Assembly (NCBI GenBank): GCA_976551045.1
Contig: CDPCPM010000091.1
Coordinates: forward strand, 1,860,001-1,924,000
DNA from: Glaucostegus cemiculus
Taxonomy: Eukaryota
Direction: 5' to 3'
DNA length: 64,000 nucleotides
The position numbers and the translations under genes are program-made. The notes under the pieces are model-generated. The model had not been told where the DNA came from. It worked only from the letters and a program-made list of their open reading frames with translations, and ran no database searches. Below are positions 10,201 to 21,907 of this stretch, in pieces; position 1 is the stretch's first letter; every line of letters starts with the position of its first letter.

Positions 10201-12434
10201 TTTTCTGTTCTTTATGTACTGTGGGATGCCACATTCCATTTCCTCTCTCTTTGTTTATCCCCAGTATTTTTCCAGTTACAGCAGCCTTTTATGCTGCTCT
10301 CTGTGAAAAGGTAGTTTAAAAGTTGTAGATTCAGATTAGAAGCCTTTGCAGAGTCTTCAGCATAAACTGCCACGTAGTCTCCTGTAATGGGATTATAGGA
10401 TAGAAATGTTAGCTGCAGAACACATAGTGTGAAAGAATGGTTTCATTCAGTTCTAGTATGGGTGGGGATTTGTGAAAAATAACAAGAGAGATGGCAGGAA
10501 ACACCACATGGAGCTTACATAAGTGGTGCATTTTTTCAGAAATATGCAGGTAATTTAATTAGAATTTAGCAATAAGTACCAACTGATTTAAAGTGAGAGT
10601 AGACAGCAGCGTTTTCTTTTGATTGGAAGCATTTGGGCTAAATACCAAATTTTGTAAATACTGTACTTTAAGATTGTAACTTTTAAAAATGCATAAATGA
10701 TTTGTGGAGCATCATATCTTTAAATAATGATTTTTTACAGTAGCTACTTATTCTGATGACTGATATTGATTTCAGTAAGAAAAATAGTAGGCAATAAGGA
10801 GTGAGAACCTTTGCATTCATCATGAGTTTACACAGTGGAATTGCTTTGGCACGAATCAAGACTGAGCTCTCAAACAAACACTTATGTGCTAAAACCTAGA
10901 CAAATATATATCTTTGAGCTCAATATCATCATTATATTATCCACTATTGGAAGACTAAGTGCTGCTTTATTGAAAAGGAATGTCAACTGCTGTTTTCCTG
11001 TCCCTCCAGCAGTCACTCGTTCTGGTCTCTTGCCAAAATTAGCTCTTATAATTTATGTGAATCCTTTTTTCCACCTTCCTTCCCATCCTGGTATCAAACA
11101 GTCTCAAAGTGAAAGCTGGCCTTCTTGGCTTCCTTCTGTTTTCCAAGTCTGAATTGTAATGATTATGGTAAAAAAAAATCCCTCCATTCCTCCAACCCAT
11201 TCCATTGTAAGGATCAACATTATGGTTTGGCTGTGTTGCATAAGATCTTCTTGCTGTCTGGACTTCAGGCAGATCGTAAATCTATTCTAATGTGCTCATG
11301 AAATGTTTCCCAATGTGCCCCTGTCCTGCACGATCTCTACAATGCTCATCAGTTAGCTTTCTTTCTACCTGGGAAATATCTATTATTTGCCCTGTTCCTA
11401 CCAAAGATGGCTGGGGTGGATGAGGGAGGGAATTACCCTCACTATTTTCAGTGAGCAATGTACAAATGGGTCAGGAAATTCATTTGGCACGGAAACTTTG
11501 ATATGTCCTTTCAGCCATATGTGCACCATTAAAACACTTCCCAAATTTCCTTGCCCTTTTTGACCCTTCCCATGGCCTTACTGCTGGCCTCATTTGTACG
11601 TAACAGAGTCAGCGGGTTGGCAGCTGCAAGTTTCCTGAGTTTGCATGGCTAATGCTCTCTGAGTAACGTGGACCGAGATTTATGAGGCACGGCAGCTGCT
11701 GGGATTAGCTGATTAAGGAGCTCCTGACATGGAGGAGTCAGAAGATTTTGAATACAGATTTCAGCAGCTGAGAAAAGCTGGTGCCGTCCCCTGAGGGGGC
11801 AGGCTGGAGCTTTAAATGTGGGGCTGTCCAGAGAGACGGCAGTATCAGACAGGTCAGCTCCAGCTGTTAACTGGGCCCTGAATCTGTCACACCACTGATC
11901 AACAGGCTAGCTGCTATAATGGCAGCGAGCAGATCCCAAAACCCTGAAGCAACAGCAGCCCCTGTGGGATTTTGTGCTATGTTCCATTCCATTCCCTCTT
12001 GCCTCCACAGCTGCACTCTGTACTTCCATAGGCTGGGAGGTCCTGACTTGCCCCTGAAAGCTTCTTAACTGAGGAGTTCCCACAGATTCTAATGAAACTC
12101 CATTGGTGCCTGGGAAGAATACAAGGCTTCTGTAATGTCAGCGTACAGGACAGCTGTAAACTCAGGAATTACACCTGTCAGTTGCCGTATGACTTCAGAG
12201 ATTGATGGGAGCCTGCACAGTTTCCCTGGACGTCTTTCTTTTCCGTCAAGTGCCCACAAGTTCAGGCTCCCAGAGTGCTGAAGCTAGCCACAGCCTTGTC
12301 CCAAGCCTTGGCTAGGAATGAGAACATCCTTACCCATTGAGTCTCCTCCCTCATTCTCTGCAATTTTCTTCCCCAACATGATGCCAGGTCAATTGTTAAT
12401 TTTAGAGTTTTGTTTAAATTAATATGGAGTGAGA

Positions 12435-12642
12435 TCACTGATCAGTCAGGATCCCAGTGAATGGTGGATAGGGCCCTATAGGTTGGGAGGCCAACTCCTA
12501 AGAACGTAAAATAGGAACAGGCCCTTCGGCCCACAATGTCTGCGCCAAATGCGATGCCAAATTAAATTAAATCACTTCTGCCTGCACGTGACCCATATCC
12601 CTCCAGTCCCTGCATATACACATGCCTATCTAAAAGCCTCTT
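12435..12642. mobile_element. Two tail-to-tail CR1 3' fragments (+ 12435-12500; - 12500-12642)
   Basis: GATCAGTCAGGATC..TGAATGGTGG..CCAACTCCT is followed by AGAACGT..CAGGCCCTTCGGCCCACAATGTC...CCTATCTAAAAGCCTCTT, homologous to 585-695. Confidence 0.75.
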
Positions 12643-14604
12643 CAAAAAGTTAGAGCAAATTAAGAAAGTCGGAACACACAGTGAGAAAAAAAGAGCTGTA
12701 ACTGAAAGCAACAGGAGGTAAAGGAATGAAAAAAACTGAGTTGAGGGGGAAGAAATAAGGCAGAAATTGCGACACTGTGCAAAAGACAGTTATGAACATA
12801 AGCTCATTTCCTCATTATTCCAAACTGGTGTGCTGAAACACTAGCCTAATAAGCCTTCAAATTACAAGTATCTATTTTGATAACTATTTGTATGTTCCAT
12901 AGTACTAATATAAATAGTACAAATTAATACAATTATGAACAAATTTCTCTAAACCTGAAGTCAATGTGACACTGCACGCCAAATCTGTTAGCATCCTGGC
13001 ATGTGCCTTGTTCCAACATTCGGTTTCTTAAGTGAACAAACAAGTTATTTGAGATCTCTAAATAACAACCACAGGTTGTTGTCCAAAGTACAAACAAAAA
13101 TCACACAAAGGGGAAATAAAATCAATCACCAATCAGAAAGAAGACAAGAAGGAGAACAAGAAGAATTGAAGTGGCAGCAGAAAGAGTTGATAAGGCACTG
13201 TCAGTAGAGGACAGCAAATAAGCATTAAGTGTGTGTTTGAGTTATTTTACCCCATTTAATGATTTTTAATTATTTGTTCATATTTTAAGGTGTCTTATAT
13301 TTAATTTTAATAGGAATAAGTGGGCCAATGAAAGAAAGAAGTTATTTAGCTCTAATGGAAGTTGAGGCAGCAGAAACTGAAAGGAAAGGTGTAAAGTACT
13401 GAGCTGATGATCCACATACCAGAGACCACTGCTCAACTCACAATTCATCCATATGAGGATGCAAAATGCCTACCGACAATAAGGTGTAAGAGAGATTAGC
13501 CAGCCAATGACAAACAGATCCCAGGGGTATGAGAACAATCAACAGAGTAGAAAAGGTTTAGCAATCTTCCATTCCTTTATTCCACCCTTTAATATATTCT
13601 TTTCATGATATGCGTGAACTTTAGCCTGATGTGTACTGAACAACAAGTTGGAGTTCTGTCATCTTTTATTTACTTGCTCAACACATTTTACCTTACCATG
13701 TGAGTGACTTTAACTCTTATTGACTTGGATGCTCATGGTTACCCTGAAGTGAACCTAACTTTTTATTTCTCTTGATAAACATCGTTTGCAATGTGAGCGA
13801 AGTATCTCCTTTGTTCTTATATGTTTAGTTAGATATGGTTTTGCATTGTTTCCTTGAAGGTGCTGTCTGATTTTGTCCTTTGGCATCGATCTTCCAATTA
13901 ACCTTGGTGATGTGTTCCTCTTCTCTAAAGCAGTTCCTTGTACAGAGGTATCTAGACACTACCTAGTCGTCATTTTCACAGAAATGTAGCAAAAGGTTTG
14001 TCAGCAATGTCAGCAAGAGCAACTAAACAGAACAAACACTGACACTGCAAATATTGTGATAGAAGAGTGAAAGAACAAGAGCTAAACCATGCCAGGTTCC
14101 TTGGATTAAATCCCGTTAACGACACACTCAGACATAGTTAACACCATCCTCTGTGACTATGTTCTCAATAGGACACCAGATTCAGCATAAAGTGATTGAA
14201 GTAGGTTTATTGTCAGTGTTCAGAACTTCATTATTATTTACTCCTGGCTGCCTTATTTCTGCTGTTTCTTGTCCTACTGTATGTTTCTGAATTTATTGCT
14301 CTCAATAAAGATTGGTAAAAACCTTTAGGCCATTGCTATGTTATGTAGGGCTCATGCAGCAAAGAATTAACTTCTTCATTGACTGTGCCTTGGTCTTCTC
14401 CAATATTAAAGCAAACACAAACAATTGCACTGTTATCAACAGCAAGACTTAATGAGAATTGTGGGCTTGAGGTGGTGGGAAGCTATAATAATGCATGCAT
14501 TGTGGTTTGTCGTGGATTCAGACAGCTTGCACATTTAGGTCATCATCCTTAGATAGTAAAGCATCAGGATGTTAGGATAGTGTTTGGGCAAAAATTAGGG
14601 GTCC

Positions 14605-15250
14605 CTGTCATATTCTTGACTCCACAGTCACCAACTCCTTTCTTTCCTCCAGCAACAGTTTGAAGCTGACCCATTTGTTCACAACCTGGGATTCTTCTTT
14701 GACCAAGTTGTGTTTAATACCTTATTTCCTTACCATCTCCACAACTGTCCCTTCACCTCCATAACACGATTTGTCTCAACTCATCTGTTGCTGAAACTAT
14801 CACATGTGCCTTTGTTAAATCTAGATTTGACTCTTGCACTGCATTCCTGGCTGGCCTCCCTCCATTCTGCTCTCCACAAACTTTTAATCATCCAAGAGAC
14901 CTTTCTCATAATTTGTGCCTTGTTGTACTTCTTAACTTCCAACTGAGCAATGCCACAGTTGAAAACTTTTCATCCTTGTTTTCAGGTGACTCCATTGTCT
15001 CATCTCTCCCTTTCTCTGTGATCTCCTTCAGCCCAGTAAACCCATACTCCACAAATCCCAGACTCTTGATTTGCTCCCCCAATGTCGGTCATACCTTCAG
15101 CCACAATGTGCCTAAGGTCTGGAATTCTCTCCTAAGAACTCTCCACCTTGCTCCCTTTAAACTCATCTGTAGTTTCAGTGTCTTGTTATGGCATCAATGT
15201 TAGCTTTGTGAGCACCATAGGATATTTGCAAGAGAAATGGAAACTGTTGT
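14605..15250 (+). mobile_element. Old L2 LINE 3' fragment
   Basis: Degenerate peptides VHNLGFFFD, SSVAETITCAFVKSRFDSCTAFLAGLP and PKVWNSL match the L2 RT C-terminus. Confidence 0.7.
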
Positions 15251-15294
15251 TGGGTATAATAATCCTTCAGTTTTAAATAAATCAATATGGTATT

Positions 15295-15370
15295 GAGAAT
15301 GATCAGCCATGGTCATATTGAATGGCAAAGCAGGCTAAAGGACAAAATATCCTTCTCCTGCTCCTATTTC
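15295..15370 (+). mobile_element. CR1 3' UTR fragment
   Basis: GATCAGCCATGGTCATATTGAATGGCAAAGCAGGCT...CCTTCTCCTGCTCCTATTTC. Confidence 0.7.
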
Positions 15371-15489
15371 CCCAGCAGATATGCTGATGAAGTCACAGGA
15401 TTTGAGACAACAATCCACCCAAAAGGTTGGGTACTCCAATAAAGTTTACTGTCTAACTTACACCAGGTATCACGGGTTTAACTTACTCA

Positions 15490-15820
15490 CAACATAAAGA
15501 AGGTCATTCAGCCTATCAAGCCTATACCAGCCCTCAGAACAATCCCATTGACACATTCCCCCACTTATTTCCCTGTAACCTATTCTCACACGCATTCGTG
15601 AATTCAACCTACCACTCCCCTAGAGAAGGGTGATTTAAAGTAACCGATTAACCTAACAAGCAGTACCTCTTTGGGATATGGGTGGAAACAGCAGCACCCA
15701 GGTGGAAATCCACACAGTCACAGGGAGAAGATGCAACCTCCACACAGGAGGTCCAGATCAAACCCAAGTGACTGGAGCTTTGAGACAGCTACACTACTTG
15801 AGGGATCACTGTGCTGCCCA
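15490..15820 (-). mobile_element. Old V-SINE with CR1-type tail
   Basis: Reverse of a V-domain (TTTGGGATATGGGTGGAAACAGCAGCACCCAGGTGGAAATCCACACAGTCACAGGGAGAA), a tRNA-like head ending ACTGTGCTGCCC, and tail GGTCATTCAGCCTATCAAGCC. Confidence 0.75.
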
Positions 15821-15939
15821 TCGTTCTCAGCTTTATTAAAGTGTTTTGTGCATAAATCCCATTCGAGGAATGGAACACAAAATCTCGGCTGATAGTTCAA
15901 AGGTATACTAATAGAATTTGGAGGACAGGTTTTGGAGAG

Positions 15940-16340
15940 AGGTCTGGCCCCTTAGGTGAACCATAAAAGACTATATGGCATTATTCGAAGAAAAGCACAG
16001 AGCTTGCCTGATGCTTTAGACAATAAAAGCAGAAAATGCTAGAAGTGCTTCATCAGGACTGATAAACGGTCATTGACCACAAAAGTTGACTCTGTTTCTC
16101 TCTCCATTTTGATTATTTCCAGAACATTCTGCTTATATATCAGATCTGAGCATTTCTACTTTTTTCTTGCTTTTTTTTAAAGATAATAAATTAGCTCTTT
16201 CTATCATCTCAGTTGCTGTTTTAGGGGCCTTTATGTGTGTAGTTACATAACAGTGTGTGGGTCTAGAAGATGTTGACATCATTTCAGTGATTCATCGGTT
16301 AAGAGATGTACAAGGACATGATAAGGAATTATAATACATA
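15940..16340 (+). mobile_element. Degenerate LF-SINE-like copy interrupted by a PLE fold-back (~16023-16160)
   Basis: AGGTG..TAAAAGAC..ATGGCATTATTCGAAGAAAAGCA lies left and TTGCTGTTT..TACATAACAGTG..TTCATCGG right. The insert reads AAAGCAGAAAATGCTAGAAG..CTTCATCAGGACTGATAAACGGTCATTGACC..CTCTGTTTCTCTCTCC. Confidence 0.5.
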
Positions 16341-16720
16341 GACTTTCTCTCGGATTACTGTTATGGTTGTAAAGAAACAGGTATACTGTATTTGCTGATA
16401 TACTAACGTTAATGACTGATTGATATAGTTGCCCAGTTATCAATGCAATCAAAGGTCATCATCTGCAGAGAAGATAGGGTACAATTTGTTGCTGCCTCAC
16501 AGTCAAAGTCTTCCTTGGATCAATTATGTTGCATCTACTTGTTAAGTTTAAATTTACAACATGATTTAGTGTCAGATCAGTCCCTGTAGCACTGTGCATT
16601 CTCCAAAGTCATCTGTCATGCAAGCAGCAGGTAGTTGTCAGGATAATAACTAACTACAAGGACATGACATTTTAAAAGCTGCTCCAAACTTTAGTGTTGG
16701 AAAAAGCACTAAACCTGCTA

Positions 16721-17115
16721 GTGTCAGCTGTGGCTTAGATGATACACCCTCAATTGTGAGGCAGGGTTGAAACCCCACTTCAGAGGTCTGATACACAATC
16801 TAAGCTGACACTCTAGTGTGATGCTGAGAGAGTGCTGCACGGTTGAAAGTGCTACCTTTTGGATGAGATGTTAATCTGAGCCTTTATTGCATCCTCTGGT
16901 GGGTGTATCAGAATATGCTGAAAGGAAGTCCTCCCAGGAGTTCTGGTCAATGTTTATCCGTCATCCAACATTATTATAGAAGAAGAATATCTGCCCACTT
17001 CTGCATTGCCATTTGTGCGGTCTTGAATATTATGCTTTCCACATTTCCTTAGTGACTGCACTTCAAAAGTAGTTCATTGGCTATAAAGTGCTATGGGACA
17101 TCCTGTACTTGAAAG
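16721..17115 (+). mobile_element. Near full-length LF-SINE-like element
   Basis: Ordered blocks GCTGTGGCTTAG, AATCTAAGCTGACACTCTAGTGTGATGCTGAGAGAGTGCTGCAC, CTTTTGGATGAGATGTTAA, CTGGTCAATGTTTATCC and AGTGACTGCACTTCAAAAGTAGTTCATTGGCTATAAAGTGCTATGGGACATCCTG fit the remembered LF-SINE consensus. Confidence 0.75.
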
Positions 17116-17404
17116 AGTCAAGCCTCACATTTTTAACGCTTGTGAAAACACAAACTTCCTAAGCACTGGTACAGAATAACAAATGTAATATTCAGTAAAT
17201 GTGACAATTGGGCAGGTTCATGTAAAGTTTAACATTTTTTGCTTTTCCCAATTGTTCAGTGGGAAAACATAAAGAGACCGAAACAACAAATAGTTTCCAA
17301 ATTCAAACCCTGCTGAACTAATGGATCATGTTGAATGACTAAAGAATTCCAAGTGTTAATATCTGCCAGGCTTTCCGTTCCAGCTACCGAATACTGAGGA
17401 ATAT

Positions 17405-18290
17405 AGTCTTCTTCTTAGGCAGCCCCTAGGGCTATGGATGTCTCGCTTCTGCTCGAGTTCTCCAAATTCAAAGGTGGTTGATTTGGTCAATGTGGGACTT
17501 GCAGTCACAGGAAGTTGCTAAGCATTTGGGCAACTCCTGAGTTGGTGCACCCCACCCAATGATTACACCATGCACCCCCAATTCAATGTTCTCAATTACA
17601 TCCTGGGAGCACTTTCCCTGTCTTGAGCAATCAAGGGGTAGAGATCCCCATGGTGGGTATGTTACACTTTACACTTTTCATGGAGGTTTTGAAAACAGCC
17701 TTGAGTTGTATTTTCTGTCTATCTGGTAGTCTCTTCCTATGACAAGTTTAGAGTAGAGTGTTTGGGGAGTCTGGTATTGGACTTGCTGACCCTCTGAGTG
17801 GGCGGCACGATAGCGTAGCGGTTAGCTCGACGCTGTTATAGCGCCAGCGATCGGGGTTCGATTCCCATCGCTGTCTGTAAGGAGTTTGTACGTTCTCCCG
17901 TGTCTGCGTGGGTTTCCTCCGGGTGCTCCGGTTTTCTCCCACATTCCAAAGATGTACAGGTAGGTTAATTTGGGGGTTTAAAATGGGCAGTGCAGACTCG
18001 TTGATCCGAAAGGGCCTGTTACCGCGCTGTAAATAAAATAATAAAATAAAATAAATAATAAATAATTAGACTTTCAGAGCTGAGAATGTTGTTCTGTGAG
18101 AGGGTACAGATTGGTTTGCTTATCCTGCAAGTGGATTTGGAGGATATTACAGAAGACAGCATTGATGGTATCTCTCTAGTGTTTTGAGATGACTGCTGCA
18201 GGTGACTCATGTCTCAGAAATATACAGGAGGGCAAGGATCTCTATTGATGGTAGACCACCAGCTGTGTGCTGGGCTATAGTCTTGACTTA
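17405..18290 (-). mobile_element. Old RTE-clade LINE 3' fragment, interrupted by a V-SINE
   Basis: RTE-type 3' end TCTTCTTCTTAGGCAGCCCCT. Minus-strand remnants PDSPNTL/YSKL..GRD..DRKYNSRLF and CNILQIHLQDKQTN. Colinear with 22862-23630. Confidence 0.65.
17800..18065 (+). mobile_element. Young tRNA-derived V-SINE with CR1-type tail and A-rich end
   Basis: A box TAGCGTAGCGG, B box GGTTCGATTCC, V-domain GTCTGCGTGGGTTTCCTCCGGGTGCTCCGGTTTTCTCCCACATTCCAAAGA, tail GACTCGTTGATCCGAAAGGGCCTGTTACCGCGCTGTA, then (AAATA)n. Many CpGs retained. Confidence 0.92.
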
Positions 18291-18784
18291 AAAGCCTTAA
18301 AACTATGAGCTGGAATTTCAGGAAGGCAAGAACTCTGGTCTATTAAACTCAAAGTAACCTCCTGATGCATTTCCAATAAACTTGAAACATATTTGTTGAA
18401 AATGCATGTGTATGGAATGGAAATGAGTATATAATCAGACTGGCATGTGGTGGCTTCTGTGGGCAAATAGTTCACTGAAAGATCCTGCTTGGGCTCACAT
18501 CCAAAGATACGCCTTTTGGATAAGGTAAGAGGCAGTCTTTACACCTGTAAAAATATGTCCGCCACAAGGAAGGAGAGAATGGATAAAAGAAGAACAGTTG
18601 ACCAAAGAATTTGATATAACAATTTTATGTCACCTTCAATTTTATTTTTGATTTTAGAAAACCTGTTATTGGTTTTATTACAAATTTCTTCATATGTCTA
18701 AATAACTAAGATTTAGCCATTAAATGGTGTACATTATTAAACATGCAATGTATTACACAGCAGTATATTACAACAGAAGTTATA

Positions 18785-19110
18785 TTCAGAAAATGTGGAA
18801 AATTCTCATCTGGTCAGGTAGCGTAATGTGGCAAGAGAAACTGAGTTAATATTTCAAGAAGACAGTCTTTTAGATTTTATTTTAGATTTCTATCATTGAC
18901 AGCATTTTGCTTTTCAAGAATTATATTCAGTCCATCATGTGCTTCCATCAGATTCCCTTCACAAGTTGTTACAGTTGCTGTTTCAGTTCTAGCCAAGCAA
19001 TACCCATTTCTAAAAGTGCTGGAAGCACTCAACAAGATCAGGCAATGTCTTCAACCTGAAATTCTAATTGTGTTTCTCTTTCCACTGATGCTGCTGTTGA
19101 GTGTGCTGAT
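18785..19110. mobile_element. Two degenerate PLE-end fold-backs (~18785-18915 and ~19010-19110)
   Basis: CAGAAAATGTGGAAAATTCTCATCTGGTCAGGTAGC...TTAGATTTC..AGCATTTTGC, and AAGTGCTGGAAGCACTCAACAAGATCAGGCA..CCTGAAA..TTTCTCTTTCCACTGATGCTGC. Confidence 0.55.
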
Positions 19111-20311
19111 TTCCTACACCCCATTTCTATTGCTTAGCTCTAAACATAAATCTCCTTTCCAGGAGAGAGTTCTGCTATTTCAGTTTATTAGGGATTCATG
19201 TCAAATTACCATTTCTATAAGTGAAGTTTGTCAACTTTGATCAAGACCCTACAGTTTCAGAGCTTGTTCGGAATGAAGAATGCAATGAATATGTTAAAGA
19301 CCTATCAACCTATGATAAATTTGCACTTGATACATAAATAAGATTTCATTACACTACACATCACTTCAACTGAAGGCATGGCCATAAATGGTATAAAATT
19401 CTATGCTTTTTTTAAAATATAAATTGAGGGGAACAGAACGGAACTATTATAAAATTAACCTTTATCAAGCCCAGGGCGGATGTTTACCAATAATTATGAC
19501 TCAGTAAGCTGTTAAAATAAATCACCTGAAGCTGACTCAACAAGCCATAAAATGTGGTTTTGTTTGAGAATGGTTCATAAGATATTTTTTTCAAGTGTGA
19601 TCAAATCAAACCATGTGTTTGTTACATTTGCAAAGTCTGCAGCAATGGATCCTGCAGAGGAACAGGATATCAGTGACAGCAACTACTGAACTTCAGTGTT
19701 TGAATGGACTTATGTGGCTGCCAGAAGTTGCTGTCAGCTTTAAAAGTTTTACACAGTAATGAAGGCAAAGGCTGACATTTTGATGTCAGTACAACCACAA
19801 ATTCAGAACCAGTATCAAGCACTCAAGGCACTCTTCATGAAAGGTTAATCTACTAATTAGATTTATTTAAGAGGAGGAATACTTACAGATGCAAACGATG
19901 CAGGAGAGCTATTAAATGACATGAGGCTGGTCCAGAGACCTGGTGACTATTTTAAGGGGTTAATCAAATCAAACAGTACATCAGGACTACTTGTAATTCA
20001 TGTCACAAGTTTTGAAGCAAAATGCTTCTTATAAAGTAATATGCCATCCTTATACCTCATGAAAGAACAGATTTCTTTGAGGAACACATGCAGTTTTCAT
20101 CCACAGCTTCCTCTAATAAGTATTTCTTTCATTGCAATTAATATCCTATGGAGCAATATAAATTACCTTTCATTCAAACTTCCAAGCACAAGGGGTTGTT
20201 GATGCCACTTTGGCCTGTCACATGATTTCCTTCTTTGCCTGTTGGAGCACTTGCTTTATCTTGATCTGCTCTATCAAACATTAAAATCAATTCACTGTTC
20301 CTCTATATTTT

Positions 20312-20640
20312 TCCTAGGGTTGAAATATCAAATATTAGAGGGCATGCATTTAAGGTAAGAGGGGGTAAGTTCAAAGGAGATGTGTGGGGCAGGTTTTTTA
20401 CACGGAAAATGGTGGGTGTCTGGAATGCACTACCAGGGGTGGTGGTGGAGGCAAATATGATAGAGATGTTTAAAAGGCTCTTAGATAGGCACATGACTGT
20501 GCAGAGAATGGAGGGATATGGACAGTGTGTAGGCGGAAGGGATTAGTTTAGTTAGGTGTTTAATTAGTTCAGTACAACATTGTGAGCCAAAGGGCCTATT
20601 CCTGAGCTGTACTGTTCCATGTTCCATGTCTCCTATGCTC
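20312..20640 (+). mobile_element. CR1 3' fragment
   Basis: Plus strand encodes RGHAFKVRGGKFKGDVWGRFF..WNALP..FKRLLDRHM, then GGGCCTATTCCTGAGCTGTACTGTTCCATGTTCCATG tail. Confidence 0.9.
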
Positions 20641-20729
20641 TATAATAACTGACATGGTCTGATTTATGAAGTATTCTTACCTGTTCCACAGATCCTCCAT
20701 CACAATTAGAAATTAAACCACTGACTGCT

Positions 20730-20905
20730 ATTTGTATTGTGCATTTTCTTATTATAACTGTAACACTATATTCTGCATTTTGTGATTGCCCTTCCCTTTG
20801 TACTACCTCAATTTACTTACGTTTTGAAATGATCTGTATTTATAGCACACAAAACAAAGATTTTCACTGTATCTCAGTACCTGTGACAGTAATAAACCAA
20901 TAACT
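20730..20905 (+). mobile_element. Rex1/Babar-like LINE 3' UTR/tail
   Basis: CTGTAACACTATATTCTGCATT...AACAAAGATTTTCACTGTATCTCAGTACCTGTGACAGTAATAAACCAAT. Confidence 0.55.
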
Positions 20906-21419
20906 AATAAGAAGGTAAATCAATAATCCAGCCTCATTACTAGGGCTTTATCTCTGATCTATATTGTGTTAGCTTTTGGGTAGACAATCCAGCTCACCAA
21001 TCTATGGGGTTGCAGATCATGTATCAGGTCTAACCTGGTGCTGGATCTGAAGGCCATTTTGCCACAATAAACAAGGGGAATTTCAGTAACATTGAACTAA
21101 GTTGCTGGACTCAGACACAGCACCCACTGTTATTGAGCTTCTGTGAAGGCCTTAGACTTATGAAAATGTAAGAGTTAATACAAAGAATAAATAGATACTA
21201 TGGAGGTGGAGATGTTAAGAGGTCTGTGAGACCAGGCATGGTGGTTGATCAATCTGCACCAACTTCACCCAATTTAGCCTGCACACCAAACTAGTGCTAC
21301 CCACTCATTATGGTATCAGTGTGCAGCCTGTACCACCCACATTGGATTATTACCTCAAGAGGGGGCTCACCTTTGTGAGTACCTGGCACTGTTAAAGCTG
21401 CTTAAAACAGCCTATGAAT

Positions 21420-21600
21420 CAAAACACTGCAAACGCTAGAAGTCTGAAATAAAAACAGAAACAACCATTCAGGCAGCATCTGTGGAAAGAGAAACTGTTA
21501 ATGTTAATGAGTCCTAGATCTGAAACGTTAACTGCTTCTCTTTCCGTAGATGCTGCCTAACCTGCTGAGTGTTTCTAGCATTTTGTGTTTTCATTTAAGA
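21420..21600. mobile_element. Fold-back pair of PLE 3' ends
   Basis: Arms 21471-21505 (AGGCAGCATCTGTGGAAAGAGAAACTGTTAATGTT) and 21524-21558 (AACGTTAACTGCTTCTCTTTCCGTAGATGCTGCCT) are inverted repeats. Confidence 0.8.
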
Positions 21601-21699
21601 AATTAATTGTCTGCCTTTGCAGCATTGCAGCTGAAGTGGTGTTAGCAGGTGTTCTTGACCTGTGAGGTATTGCGAAATTGCACACCACAGAATCACAGG

Positions 21700-21907
21700 C
21701 AGCTACCTGTTTTACTGGTGATGCACCAGAAGATTTGCTAGTGGAGTTACAAAGCAGGAGATGTCCCGTATCTACATGGAACCAAGATGCCCTTCAGGAA
21801 GCAGTGGGAGCAGATAGCCTCAGTGGTGCATGCCAGGAGTTACTCTCCAAAGATCTGGATGCAACATCGCAAATTGTTCAATGATGCCACACACACATGG
21901 TCAAGGT
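21700..21907 (+). pseudogene. Harbinger-type Myb/SANT-like (trihelix) DNA-binding domain remnant
   Basis: ATCFTGDAPEDLLVELQSR, frameshift, then DVPYLHGTKMPFRKQWEQIASVVHARSYSPKIWMQHRKLFNDAT. This fits the F..E..L / W..IA..VN..S..RT..QCRKKF.D pattern of MSANTD/NAIF1-like proteins. Confidence 0.7.

Noticed and set aside
17800-17875. tRNA-like sequence with A and B boxes
   Set aside because: It is the head of a V-SINE, followed by the V-domain and a LINE tail, with no complete cloverleaf.
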